This document shows positions 44,671-57,825 of a stretch of DNA of 64,000 nucleotides, piece after piece. Numbering within the stretch: position 1 is the stretch's first letter; the number at the start of each line of letters is the position of its first letter. Source of the DNA: the human T2T-CHM13v2.0 reference genome, Homo sapiens. The stretch lies in NCBI RefSeq assembly GCF_009914755.1, contig NC_060940.1; one strand, given 5' to 3'. The notes under the pieces are model-generated. The model made no database searches. It had not been told where the DNA came from and worked only from the letters and a program-made list of their open reading frames with translations. The translations under genes were made by a program, and so were the position numbers.

Positions 44671-45420
44671 GCGGGTGAAACCTGTGGCTATCTCACGCTG
44701 TTGGAATTTCAGATGGAGCTGTGCTAAGTGTTAAGGTAGGGTGGGCATAATTTCTGCAGGGCAGGTCCCAGGCAGCAAGAAACAGGAATCAGAGAGAATG
44801 CAGACAGCAGTAGTTGGCATAGTCCTCACCACAGCGATGTGTGGCAGGTCTATTTAAATGGCCACAGACGATCAGAAGGCGATGGCTTGGCCTTCCTGTG
44901 TGTGGCTGCGATGGACAGTGTTCACTGTTCTGCATACAGCCCCTAGGGGAGCCCCCCAGGTGTGTCCACTCCTAGAGCTCACTGACCTCCTTCAAGGTGG
45001 TGTCTCATCCTCTTCTCTACCCTCTTCCAGCCTAAAAGACCCTTTCTAATTTGTTTCTTAATAGACTTTTAGGTCTCCGGAGGCTTTTTCCCTCTTAACA
45101 ACAATGTCTTCTTGCAAAGTAGAAGTTTGAAGCTTCAAAATCATTGATTCTTATACTCCTTTAAAAGCCTTCTTTGAAAGTTATAAAATGGGAATCTTTA
45201 TTTTTCTCTTCATACTCAACAAATATTTATTGAGCACATATGTGCCAGGCATGTTCTAGGTGCTGGGAATATAGCTGTGAACCAAACTGGCCAGGCTCCT
45301 TGCCTCCAGGAAGCGTATATTCATTCCAGCCAGAGGAGAGAGAGAGAGAAATAAACGTGTAGAGTGAGAGATGGTGTGTCTGTGCTCTAAGTATTCCAGT
45401 CTCTTAAAAATCAACATGCA

Positions 45421-46045
<625 letters not shown>

Positions 46046-46484
46046 AAAAATCATTGTGCATGTCTCTTGTTGACCAGGGAAAGGTTTCCCAACAAAGAAA
46101 AGTGAAACAGAATGGTACAAATAAGACTATTTCAAGATTTCGTCTTGCTTCATTCTAATGAAATATACCTTGTAAAGTAACTGGAATGGCATGGTCTGAA
46201 ATTCAAGTCTTGCACATTCCTGCAGGAGAAACGTCAGTCTCTGTAGCTTGTCACTCAAGGTCTTTACAGTGACTTACACAGTCAGCCCAGTCTTATCCCC
46301 ACTGCTTCCATTCTAAGCTCCGTGTTCCTGTCAAACAAAATCTATATATGGACTTTTGGACATGTGCATACTTCCTGCCTCTGAGCCACTGCTCCAGCTG
46401 TTCCTCCTGTTTACAATGCCCTGTCCTCTCCTTTCTGACTTTAAAATTCTTTCCACTGTTCAAACCCCAACTGAAAGTACTTGA

Positions 46485-46700
46485 AGCTAGACATCAGAGT
46501 GAGTCATATACGCATGGATTTAAATCCTGGCTCAGCTGTAAGCTTGGGAAACCACTTGTACTCTTTACATCTTGATTGTTTTCATCTCTAACTGGGGATC
46601 ATGAAAGCACTTGTTTCAAAGGTTGGCGTGAAGATTAGGCGGGCCAACACAACAAAGTGCTTCCAACCTAGTAAGTGCTCATTAAATGTGAGTTGTTATC
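46485..46700 (+). mobile_element. MIR SINE
   Basis: ggatttaaatcctggctcagctgt...gtaagtgctcattaaatgt. Confidence 0.7.
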
Positions 46701-46801
46701 CTCCTCCATAGTGGGCTGAAACTTTTGGGGATATTGGGATGGGGTCAAGTATTTTGCATGTGGGATAGATATAATTCTTGGGCGGAGGCCAGAGGGCAGA
46801 C

Positions 46802-47270
46802 TGTGGTGGGAAGAAAAAAGGACCTCAAAGATATCAACACCTTAATCCCCAGAAAGTGCGAACAAGTCACCTTGCATGGCGAAAGGGACTTTGCATGTAT
46901 GATTAAATTAAGGATTTTGAGATGGGAGGTCATCCTGGATTACCTGGGTGAGTGCAGTGAAATCACGAGTCACAGTAAGAGAGAAGTAGCAGAGTCAGAG
47001 TCTGAATGGAGGATGCTGAGCTGTTGGCTGGAGATGGAGGAAGGGGCCATGAGCCAAGGAATGCAGGTGGCTTCTAGAAGTCGGAAATGGCAAGGGAGCG
47101 ACTTCTCCACTAGAGCATCCAGGAGGAACACAGCCCTGTCGATACCTTGATTCTAGGCCAGTGAGTCTTATTTTTAACTTTTGACCTGCAGTACTGTAAG
47201 ATGGCAAACGTGTGTTGTTTGAAGACACTAAGTTTGTGGCAATTTGTTACAGCAGCAACAGAAAATTAGT
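46802..47270 (+). mobile_element. MLT1D-type solo LTR
   Basis: tgtggtgggaag...gagccaaggaatgcaggtggcttctagaag...aatttgttacagcagcaacagaaaa. Confidence 0.88.
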
Positions 47271-47274
47271 AGTT

Positions 47275-47579
<305 letters not shown>

Positions 47580-47789
47580 TTAAGTGATTCATCCTCTTCC
47601 TTTGTTAAACTCAACAGATCTCACTGAGACTATTCTTATCTGTTTAATATTTCTAGATCGGTTAGTTATGAGAGTCACGGGCAGTTTCTTTGAGTACCAT
47701 TTGCCACCAAGATGCAGAATGTCTTGCCCTCCTGAAGGAGGTAGCCTGGATAATGGGGACCACTGAGACTGACATGGCTTTTTCTCTGG

Positions 47790-48035
47790 ACAGAGGTCAA
47801 ACGCCCAGGTTCTGGACCCACACAGACCTGGGTTTGAACCCTGGCCAGGCTCCTGACTTGCTATGAGAACTTGGGACAGTGACCACCTGTCTCCAGTCTT
47901 TAGAATCCTCATCTCTGAGTTAGGAACACCAACTCAGAGTTATGGTTGAGAGCAGGTGAAACAACACCTGTAAAACTCTTAGCATCATGCTAGGCACAAA
48001 GTAAATACTCAACAAATATTAGTTATTGTTATCAC
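47790..48035 (+). mobile_element. MIR SINE
   Basis: cagacctgggtttgaaccctggc...gcacaaagtaaatactcaacaaatattag. Confidence 0.8.
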
Positions 48036-49049
48036 TAATGATATTTTTCTTGTTATTCTGATATGATTATGGGCTCGTGATGGTTGTAAGATAATTTCTG
48101 GGCTTTCAGGGACTGTGGATGCTGGAATCTGAAGCAGTCCAAGATTTATAGCTCAAAGATTGCTGTTCCACAAAGCACACAGGTACACAGATTTGTTTTG
48201 CAGGTCATTACAGTGGGATGGGCGTGAAGACTCCCCTGGAAGGGTTTAGAGTAGGGGAGGGAGGTGGTCAGATGCGAGAACTCACATCGAGTCCTTATTG
48301 TGCGCTGGTTCTTGCTAAGGGCTTTGCAGGCATTTGCTGATTTATTTCTCGTAACATTCCTCAGAGGAGTCGGAATTAGCGTCCCTATATGACAGGGAAA
48401 AAAATCAAGCACAGGGAGGCTAATCAGCCCGCCCTAGGGCTGGCACCTACACACATATCCACCAAGCCTGTCACAGCTAGGGCTTCACATTTTTGGGAAG
48501 GATCCAGGAGTCCTGAGCAGACAACTGTGAGCAAATGCTGGAATTCCCCAGCGAGAGGCGCCACCCACCCAGGACATGGCTGCATGAGCGTTACGGTTGA
48601 AACAACACATCTCACTCGCTGAAGGACGCAGGTGGGGTGGAGCTGGCCGTGCCTTCCTGGTGACAGCTCTGGATGAAGCCACTCTGGCATGTTTTGAAGT
48701 GAGGTTGCCCTAGGGGGTGTGCAGAAGAAAGGCTGCTGTATTGATGTTTCCCATCACGATGCTTACGGTTTCTTTATTTCTGGTCCCTGAGCCTCAGGAG
48801 TCCTGAGTGCAGCTGCCAAATTGCTTCATGCTCCAGAAAGTGGGGTGCCTCTTAACTAAGAAAAAAAACCTGGCATTTTCTACCAACAGCCCCAACTGTT
48901 ACAGCTTCTTCTAATATTAACAAGGCATCCACAGCATTCTCCAGAGAGCACCATGGCCCTTTTTCTTTCTTTCGTTTCCCAGAAAGGGCTTTATTTTCTT
49001 TCTCCTCATTACTGGCTACTGAAAGAACTCCATCTGCTTGACCTAGGGT

Positions 49050-49264
49050 TGCAGCATCCAATACATATCCGTGGTATCCATGTAGCTATTTAAATTCAAA
49101 TAATTAAAATACAATAAAATTCAGCTTCTCAGTTACAGTAGCCACCACTCCCGTGTTCATTGCTACCACAGCTGATCATATATCAGGGAGCTGTGGCCAC
49201 CATATCAGACAGCACAGACGTAGAACATTTCCATTGTCACGGGAGGTTCTGTTGGACAGTGCCT
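49050..49264. mobile_element. MER3/MER33-type hAT DNA transposon
   Basis: atgtagctatttaaattcaaataattaaaat...tagaacatttccattgtcacgggaggttctgttggacagtg. Confidence 0.75.
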
Positions 49265-50761
49265 GTCTAGGGCATTTATTCATTCGTTTAACTCTCATTA
49301 CTGAGGACTTGCTATGTGTCAGGCATTGTTATTCTGGGAAATAAGTGGTCAACAATTAAAGCAAGTCTCTTTCTCGTGGTATAACCTTCGTTGTGGGACA
49401 GGAAAAGTAGTAGGTGCAGAATTACGAAAAGAGTCCTAAAGGAGACCGGTAGGGGTGAGGTGTGGAGGGTAATGGTGAGTGAGGGACATTAGGTAGGGTT
49501 GTTGGGGGAAGGCAAACACAAGGTGAGTGTTGATGTTTGCCCTTCCCATTCCTGCGTCCATGTTCCTGAAAGCTCATGACTCTAGGCGCCTTACGGAATC
49601 AAATCCCTTTTGGTTGCCTGCTCATCCATTTTACAGATGAGGACATTGAGGCTCTGGAAAGGTGTGAGTCATTTGTCTACTGCAGGGAGATAAAGAAGGA
49701 CATCCCCAGAATGGTGGCCTCTTCTTTGGGGCTGTACAACACTCAATGATGAGATAAAGGGGACCTGCAAGTGCACTCCCGACCTGAACACACCGTGGTT
49801 CTAACAATCATTGCGCCAAGGGAAAAACAAGGGTGATCACTTGATTGGCTACAAGCTGAGGAAGCCAGGATGCCAGGTTTTTCTCTTGGTGTGGAGGAGA
49901 GAGTGTTGTTGTAAAGGAGTCTGTATGAAAAAGCACAAGTCTCTCTCCCAGTTATTACTCAGCTGCTAGGGTCCAGATTCAGTGTTTGTTCCACTTCCGT
50001 CCTCCGACACTGTGGGTGGGTATTTTCCTCTCTGTGGGCTTGCTTAAAGCAGAAATGGCCATGCCAATTAGTTGTCACTTTATGAGAGATTTATTCCCTC
50101 TAATCAACAGAATGGAGGGTGACAGTTGAAGTGCTATGAGCCTCTGCCTGTGGGTAGACCCTGGATGTGGGTTGGTCAATTTGGGGGGCTGCTGTAGGCC
50201 TTATGGCTTTCATCATTGCTTCATAGGCATCGTGGGTTGGTGTCCAGCTTCCAGAAAGCTTAGCTGGAGGTGACAGCTGGACCTCCATGGCTTCTCCCAA
50301 TATTTCCATGTGATTCAATTTTATAGTGTCTCCAGGCTTCGGATGCTGAAATTCAAAATGACCTCTGGCCACTAACTCACCATCAGTCCAAGCCTAGAAT
50401 GACTGGTTGGATCTTAAGGGTGAAATTGACAACTGGCTGGACATAACGTGACATAAAGAGTTGGGGGTAGGCTGTGTCAGTCACCATCCTCGGTGGGATT
50501 CTTCTTGAGGAAGTTAAGGAGCCAGCAGGGATGGAGATCCTAAGCTTCATCCAATAAATATGGGTGCAGGGGTAATAGTCCATGCCTGTTTTTTACCCTT
50601 GGTGGAGGCTTTTGTGCTTTTTCATAACTTATAGTTTTTGTGTGTTTTCCATGTGCCAGGTTATATGTTAACAGTCTTGTAAGGTTGACCCCGTTTATCA
50701 TTCCCATTTTACAGATGGGTGAACTGAAGATCAGACATTTGAGATAATGTCTAATCACACC

Positions 50762-51126
50762 GTATATTAGTCCTTTCTCACGCTGTTCTAAAGATACTAC
50801 CTGAGAATGGGTATTTTATAAGCAAAAGAGGTTTAATTAACTTGCAGTTCTATGTGGCTGGGGAGACCTCAGGAAACTTACAATCATGGCAGAAGGTGAG
50901 GGGGAGGAAGGCACCTTCTTCACAAGGTGGCAGGAGAGAGCAAGAATGAGGAAGTGCCATACTTTAAAACGACCAGCTCTGGTGAGAACTCCCTTGCTAT
51001 CACGAGAACAGCATAGGGAAAACCACCCCGATGATGCAGTCACTTCCCACCGATTCCCTCCTCTGACACGTGAGGATTACAATTAGAGATGAGATTTGGG
51101 TGGAGACACAGAGCCAAACCATATCA
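50762..51126 (-). mobile_element. MST/THE1-type solo LTR inserted in a MIR
   Basis: tattagtcctttctcacgctg...gagatttgggtggagacacagagccaaaccatatca. Confidence 0.9.
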
Positions 51127-51259
51127 CACGGTGATGGAGCCTTAGACCTGGGTTGCAAACTCAGGGATCCAACTCCAGGACCTGCTCTCCTCATTGTACA
51201 TCTTCAACAGAAAACACTTAAAAGATTAGCTCTTAGGTTCTGAGTCTTGGCAGGCAATA

Positions 51260-51472
51260 GCACCTAGCCAGAATTTAATACCACTGTTTGGTTTTCATTG
51301 CATTTATTTTTACTTGAAATGATACTGGTTTTCTATTCACAGTAGTGATAAAAACTTCCTCTAAAAGTAAATGTGTTTATGTAAAAAGGTGATTCTATTT
51401 AAAGAGAAAATATTAAGGAACTGTAAATGTGGTATGGATATAGCAAAAATAATGACAGTGGTGAAAGAATGT
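51260..51472. mobile_element. hAT-Charlie (MER113/MER102-like) fragment
   Basis: tgatactggttttctattcacagtagtgata...ggtatggatatagcaaaaat. Confidence 0.55.
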
Positions 51473-51769
51473 CCTGTATCTCCCATTAAGGCTAAGACAC
51501 AGGGATATTTGTTGGTTATAAAGGCCGGTTTCCCAGGGCAAAGGGAAGCATAGATGAGTCTTAGGGGCACTCAGAAATGCCAAATGTCCCTCTGCATGTG
51601 TGTGGACTCAGAGACCAATGTGGTGGAGCTGAGAGCTGTAACGCAGTGATAGTGTTACATAGGGGAGGTTTCTCTGGAACATGGTAGAAAGGAGAGGTTT
51701 GACTGTGGCTAAGGAACGGGGCTGAAATTTAAGTCTTACACTGGGAAACACCTGTACATCTCGTTTATG

Positions 51770-52000
51770 AGAGTTGACATGAAGCCTTCACTCTGTGCCA
51801 GACACTTTGTTTCACATCTCATTTAATCCTCACAGCGCCTCCTGGACACTATGGTCCCATTTTACAGATGAGGACATTGAGACTTTGAAAAAAGTGAGTC
51901 ATTTGTCTACGGTCACACATTTATGCATGTTTGTGAATGGTGGAGCCAGGACTTACATGCACAGATCCTGACTCCAGAGTCCCTTCTCTTAAGCCCTGCC
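51770..52000 (-). mobile_element. MIR SINE
   Basis: tctcatttaatcctcacag...cccattttacagatgagg...tgactccagagtccc. Confidence 0.85.
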
Positions 52001-53441
52001 TTATAGTTAATCATTAGCTGTATATACATATCTATCTTTCCTTTTTTGACCTCAGTGATCTAGTGGATCTAAGAAGAATCACTGATTTTTAGTTCAACTT
52101 TTTCCCGTGTCGGTTGGGCAGAAGTGATGATTTCCAAGCTTTTTCCATACTGGGCTAGAAACTGGAAATACCTCCTTCATTTTAAAAATGTAATTGCATA
52201 GGTTATAGAATTCCAGGTTGACACCTTGTAAAAAATTTTCTTATGGCACTTTAAAGATCTCACTGCATCTTCTTCTGAACTGCGTGATTTGAAGTCTCTT
52301 ACAATGCTTACGATTGTTCCCTGTATGTAATGTGTCTTTTTTTTTTTTCCTCTGGTCGTCTTCAAGATTTTCTCTGTATCTCCTCTTTTGGGGCCAGAGT
52401 TGGAATCAACTCCCCTTGTCTCATTCATGCAGATAAGAACAAAGCAATTTGCTTTGGCAAATTGAAGTTACTTGTTCTTATCTACATTCAGTAAGAGGAG
52501 GGAAGTGTAGCGTTTGTTACTGCGGCATAACCCAGCCCATCCTGCCTATCTGATAGACTATCTGCCCTCCTTCAGATGGAAACCAAGGGGATGGCTTATG
52601 GAACAGGGCACAGCAATGAAAAGTTCTTCTGTGTAAAACCCAGCCCGCTGAAAATGAAAAAGTGTAGAGAGAGCAAGGAAGAAGATTCAGTAGAACAACA
52701 ACAATAACAATGACCCAGTGAATCCTACCGAAGTCTCACAGCCCTTCTTCATTTGGCAAGAGCTGTAGCACTGCTGGATAATTAAGATGCATATGCCACC
52801 TGACATTAAGCAGCCTTTTGTGAACTGTTAATTAAGATTTAATCAGTCACATATTTTATTCTTACTGAATTAGAAGATTAGTGTTAATTTCTGGCAGGGT
52901 TCCCCTACTCCCTGTTGAAGGAAATCAATGTGTCCGAACGTAATTTAATGAGAAGAAGCTGGTTCCACAGTGAAAACAGGCTAGGGAGAAATTATCTTGA
53001 CATTTTAGGTAATTCAGTAAGTCTGGCAAAACAGGCATGATTGACAAAGTCATTTCTTCCACCGAGGGAGTAGAAAGCACATTTCTGCAGATGAGTTAAG
53101 ATTTTTGTGGTGAAAGAGCACAGTGAGAATTAAAGGTGGTGTAGATAAGGTGCCCCTCACCACCGTGTGTGGCTTCTGGACAAAGATGATCAATCGTGGA
53201 TTTCTTACCCCTGGCTTAAGAGAAGGAAAACAACCAGAAGAGAGCAAAGGTGGGCAGACATGGGCTGGTATCAATGGGATACCCTTTGCAAGCCCTTTTC
53301 AGGTTGGATCTGGGGAAGGCCTGCCATTTTCAGGAAGTCTGCCTGGTTGGGAATACAGCAGGCATTTAATAAATGTATGTTGAATGAATAGGTCCAGAGA
53401 GGTGACTGTGTCTTCACAGACTATTGGGTGTCCCCCTACTA

Positions 53442-53764
<323 letters not shown>

Positions 53765-54807
53765 TCTGAAAACTATGCAGAAATGTCCTTGAATGTGCCA
53801 TGTGGTCTCACTGCATTAAAACCTTTTCTTATGCCCATCTTTAAAAGCAGGAATAATTAATGGTCAATAGTGTAGTTATTGGCAAGCATATTAGAGTGTT
53901 AGCTGTTTATGACAATGATGTTGAGTGATAATGGCAAGGCAGCTGGGGATAGAGTAGGCAGCCTGAGCCCTGGCCCTTGGGGGCATCTCGGTGGGAGGCA
54001 GGTGGGGTCACAGGTGTCTGAGAAGATGCACAGGGGAAATACGGAGGACCGGGGTGTTGTGTGAGGCATCAGGTCCAACGTGATCAAGTGCAAATGTAAT
54101 GACTGAATTACGCCAGGAAAGACCAAATTATTGGTTACAGGACAGAGGGCAGGCCTGAATTCAGGAGATATTTCTTTTGGTGTAGACAGAGAGAGAGGCT
54201 GTTGTTAGAGGGTGTTTGGTCCTTGTCTGTGAGCTGGAATGTGAACCAGTTTATGGATTTATAGGACGAAGATGACTTCCTAACCACCCCGCCATACCTC
54301 CCTTGTCCTCGCTCCTCTCTCCCTTCCCCCTTCTTTCCTCCCTCTTCTGGCTTTCATTCGACTCCCTCTTCCAATGTTCCTTCATCCTTTATTTTCTTCC
54401 TTTCATCCCTCCCTCTCTCCTTTCCTTCCTTCTGCACCATTTATGGAGAACCTACAATAGTGTGATACCCTGGTTAGCAAAAGAGAAGGACTCAGACTTT
54501 GTCCTTGTGAACCTGGTCTACGGAAGAGATACCCAAACTGAGAATTACAGAATTCCAAGCAAACAATGCAGGAAGGGTGGTGCCCCAGCTCAGAGGTGAA
54601 GGCAGCCAGGAGAGTATCTAGTTGAGGCCTGAACTGGATTGGGGCGCTGAGGGCCAGGTAGGCCAGAGAGAGCAAGGTGGGGAAGGTACCTCACAGAGTC
54701 AGAGACCAGGCTGGAGCAATGACAGACCAGCTTACCTGAGCCCAGTGGGTTCTTAGAGTGTGCCATTGTTCCCTGGTGTGGAAGGCTGGATTTCTAGGGA
54801 TGGTCTC

Positions 54808-55272
54808 TGTATTAGGGTTCTCTAGAGAAACAGAACTAATCAGATAGATGTTTATGTAAAGGGGAGCTTATTAAGGAGTATTGACTCACACGATCACAAG
54901 TTGAAGTGGTAGACGGCCATAGTAGGCCGTCTACAAGCTGAGGAGCAAGGAAGCCAGTCTGAGTCCCAAAGCTGAAGAACTTGGAGTCTGATGTTCAAGG
55001 GCAGGAAGCATCCAGCACGAGAGAAAGATGTGGGCTGGGGGAGGCTAAAGAAATCTAGTCTTTTCACATTCTTCTGCCAGATTTTTTTCTGGCAATGCTG
55101 GCAGCTGATTAGCTGGTGCCCACCCAGATTGAGGGTGGGTCTGCCTTTCCCAGTCCACTGGCACAAATGTTAATCTCCTTTGGTGACACCCTCATAGACA
55201 CACCCAGGAACAATGGGTGTGTCTTTGCATCCTTCATTCCAATCAAGTTGATGCTCAGTATTAACCGTCACA
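54808..55272 (-). mobile_element. MLT2A/B (ERVL) solo LTR
   Basis: tgtattagggttctctagag...ctcagtattaaccgtcaca with perfect TSD GTCTC (54803-54807, 55273-55277). Confidence 0.92.
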
Positions 55273-55279
55273 GTCTCTG

Positions 55280-55805
55280 AGATCCCATGTCCCAAATCCT
55301 CAGAAGCTGTGAATGCGGTGAGACATCACTCCCATGGTTGAGTTCTTTTCTGTGGCAGGGCTCCCAGTGAGCCTCATCTGAACACAAAAGCCCTGAAAGG
55401 CAGAGGGCTTTCTCTGGCTGCCAGCAGAAGGAGAAGTTGGAGAGATATGAAGCTTGGGAGGGGCTCAAAGTGCTGCTGTGGTTTGAAGATGGAGAAGGAG
55501 TGTGGGTGGCCCGTAGGAGCAGAGAGGGACCCTGGGTGATAGCACCAAGAAGACAGGGACCCTGGTCTTGCAGCCACAAGGAAAAGCAGCCCATGTGAGC
55601 TTGGAGGCAGGGTCTTTGCTGGTGTCTGCAGATACCAGCCCAGCTCAGCCGATGTTGTGACTTGGGCCTGTGAGACCCTGGGAAGAGAGTCCAACTGAGT
55701 CCCCTGCCCATATAGCCTGCAGAACTGTGAGAGAGCAGACGGGTGCTGTTTCAAGCTGCCAGGTCTGCAGTAATTTGTTATACAGTGACGGGAAAGTAAT
55801 ATACT
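55280..55805 (+). mobile_element. MLT1E/F-type LTR
   Basis: cagaactgtgagagagcagacgggtgctgtttcaagctgcc...gtaatttgttatacag. Confidence 0.75.
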
Positions 55806-56148
55806 GGGCCTGGACTGACCAGAGTCATACCCAAAATAATGCAATGCTGGTTTGGGGTCAATGAAGTAGATTTAAACAAACAAGGTGGATTTATGTTCTG
55901 CCTCTGTTTAATGTAGTTTGGTTGTTTTAGGTAACCAGGGAATAGTAAGAAAAATGGAAACTATTCAATATGCATATTTCCATCCTGTTGGAAGACAATT
56001 TCAAAATAACACCGAAGGTTTTTAATAAATATTCTCCACCACCCCCATATACACACACACACACACTCTCAGGTTCACACAGTCACACACACTCATACAG
56101 TCATACACACACACTCATAAACTCATGTACACACAGACTGCATCCACT

Positions 56149-56490
56149 TTGTTTTTTTTGTTGTTTGTTTTTTGTTTTTTTGAGACAGGGTCTCACTCTG
56201 TCATCCAGGCTGGAGTGCAGTGGTGCAATCATGGCCCACTGCAATCTTGACCTCCCCAGGCTCCAGCGATCTTCCTACCTCAGCGTCCCCCAACCCTGAG
56301 TCTGCAGGACCCTGAGTTGCTGGGACTACAGGCGTGCGCCACCATGCCTGGCTAATTTTTGTGTACTTTTGGTAGAGATGGGGTTTCACCATGTTGCCCA
56401 GGCTGGTCTCAAACTCTTGGCCTCAAGCGATTCACCTGCCTCAGCCTCCCAAAATCCTGGGATTCCAGGCATGAGCCACCATGCCCAGCC
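56149..56490 (-). mobile_element. Alu (AluJ-type) with a small internal insertion
   Basis: Alu body; accctgagt duplicated around ctgcagg near 56293-56317. Confidence 0.93.
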
Positions 56491-56504
56491 ATCGTCTACC
56501 ACCA

Positions 56505-56674
56505 CCTCCTCTTCCTCCTCCTCCTCTCCCTCCCTCCCCCCTCCTCCTCTCCCTCCTCCTCTGCCTCCCTCCACCCCTCCTCCTCCCCCTCCCCCTCCTC
56601 CTGCTTTTCCTCCTCCTCCTTTTCCTCCTCCTTCTTCCCTTCCTCCTCCTCCTCCTCCTCCTCCTTCCTTCTTC
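56505..56674 (+). repeat. (CCT)n-rich polypyrimidine tract
   Basis: Near-pure C/T run between two Alus. Confidence 0.93.
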
Positions 56675-56962
56675 TTTTTTGAGACTGGAACTTGCTTTGT
56701 CACCTAGGCTGGAGTGCAGTGGTGCAATCTCAGCTCACTGCAGCGTCCGCCTCCTAGCTTTAAGTGATTCTCTCACCTTAGCCTCGAGAGTAGCTGGGAC
56801 AACAGGCATGGGCCACTACACCTGGCTAATTTTTGTAGTTTTTGGTAGAGATGAGGTTTCACCATGTTGACCAGGGTGGTCTCGAAATCCTGACCTCAAG
56901 TGATCCCCTGCCTCAGTCTCCCAAAGTGCTGGGATTCCAGGCCTGAGCCACTGTGCCCGGCT
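56675..56962 (-). mobile_element. Alu
   Basis: Reverse-complement Alu body. Confidence 0.94.
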
Positions 56963-57334
56963 ATCATCCACCTTCTTCTTAAATGAAAGAATGGGATTCT
57001 GTGAAGGCAGCAGCCTGAGTCTGGCTTCTTTCTCCTCTACTTCTAAACCTAATCCACTCACCTCTGCTGAGCCAAATGGCAGCTTGGCCTTGGGGGTGTC
57101 CACGTGCAAGTGTGGCTTTGACTTTTCCAGTTCCAGTAGAGAGAATGGGGTGAGTTAGGATGTCATGAGTCTCAGGAGGATCTTGGCCCTGAGGAGGTAA
57201 GGGAAGCCCTGCAGGGGGACTCGAGTGAGGCTCCTTGGCCCAGGGAGCCCAAGAAGAAAATCAATCACCCCCACCCTGGGAGGACCTGGGAACACAGAGG
57301 CTCCAGAGCCAGGCTTATTTTATTCTTTAATTAT

Positions 57335-57825
57335 TAAAAAAGACATTTGAGTGGCAAAACAGATCCTGAAGTCAGTAGCTGAATAATAGTCTTGGAAGAT
57401 ATTTTGCAAAGAATATGCAAATAACCCTTACTCATCCAGATGAGCCTAAGAAACCCAATAGAAAAATGGATATGGAGAGGCCGTTGTTGGGTGAGCAAAT
57501 CCAGACGGCACCGGCACACGTGAAGGCATGCTCGTGGTTAGGGACATGAAAACCCAAACTCAATATCATTTTTTAGCTGTGTGAGTGTCAAGAATACGAA
57601 AAGAGCCATGATGCCTACTGCTAGTGGGAATAAGGGAGAAAGGGTGTCTATACACTTGCTCAAAGTGAAGGGTTTTCTTTAAAAGCAATTACGCAGTACC
57701 TGTTAACTGAAAATAACAAAAACCTGTTGACTCAGCCATCTTGCTCCTGAAAATCTAGCCCATGCGAATAAAAGTACTAGTAAGCAAAGATGTATGTTTT
57801 AGGATGCTGAATATGGCATTGTTTG
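57335..57825 (+). mobile_element. Old L1 (L1ME-like) fragment
   Basis: aaacccaatagaaaaatgg...gactcagccatcttgctcctgaaaatcta...atggcattgtttgt. Confidence 0.6.

Noticed and set aside
56359-56870. Poly-Pro/Ser/Gly ORFs
   Set aside because: Translations of Alu plus (CCT)n
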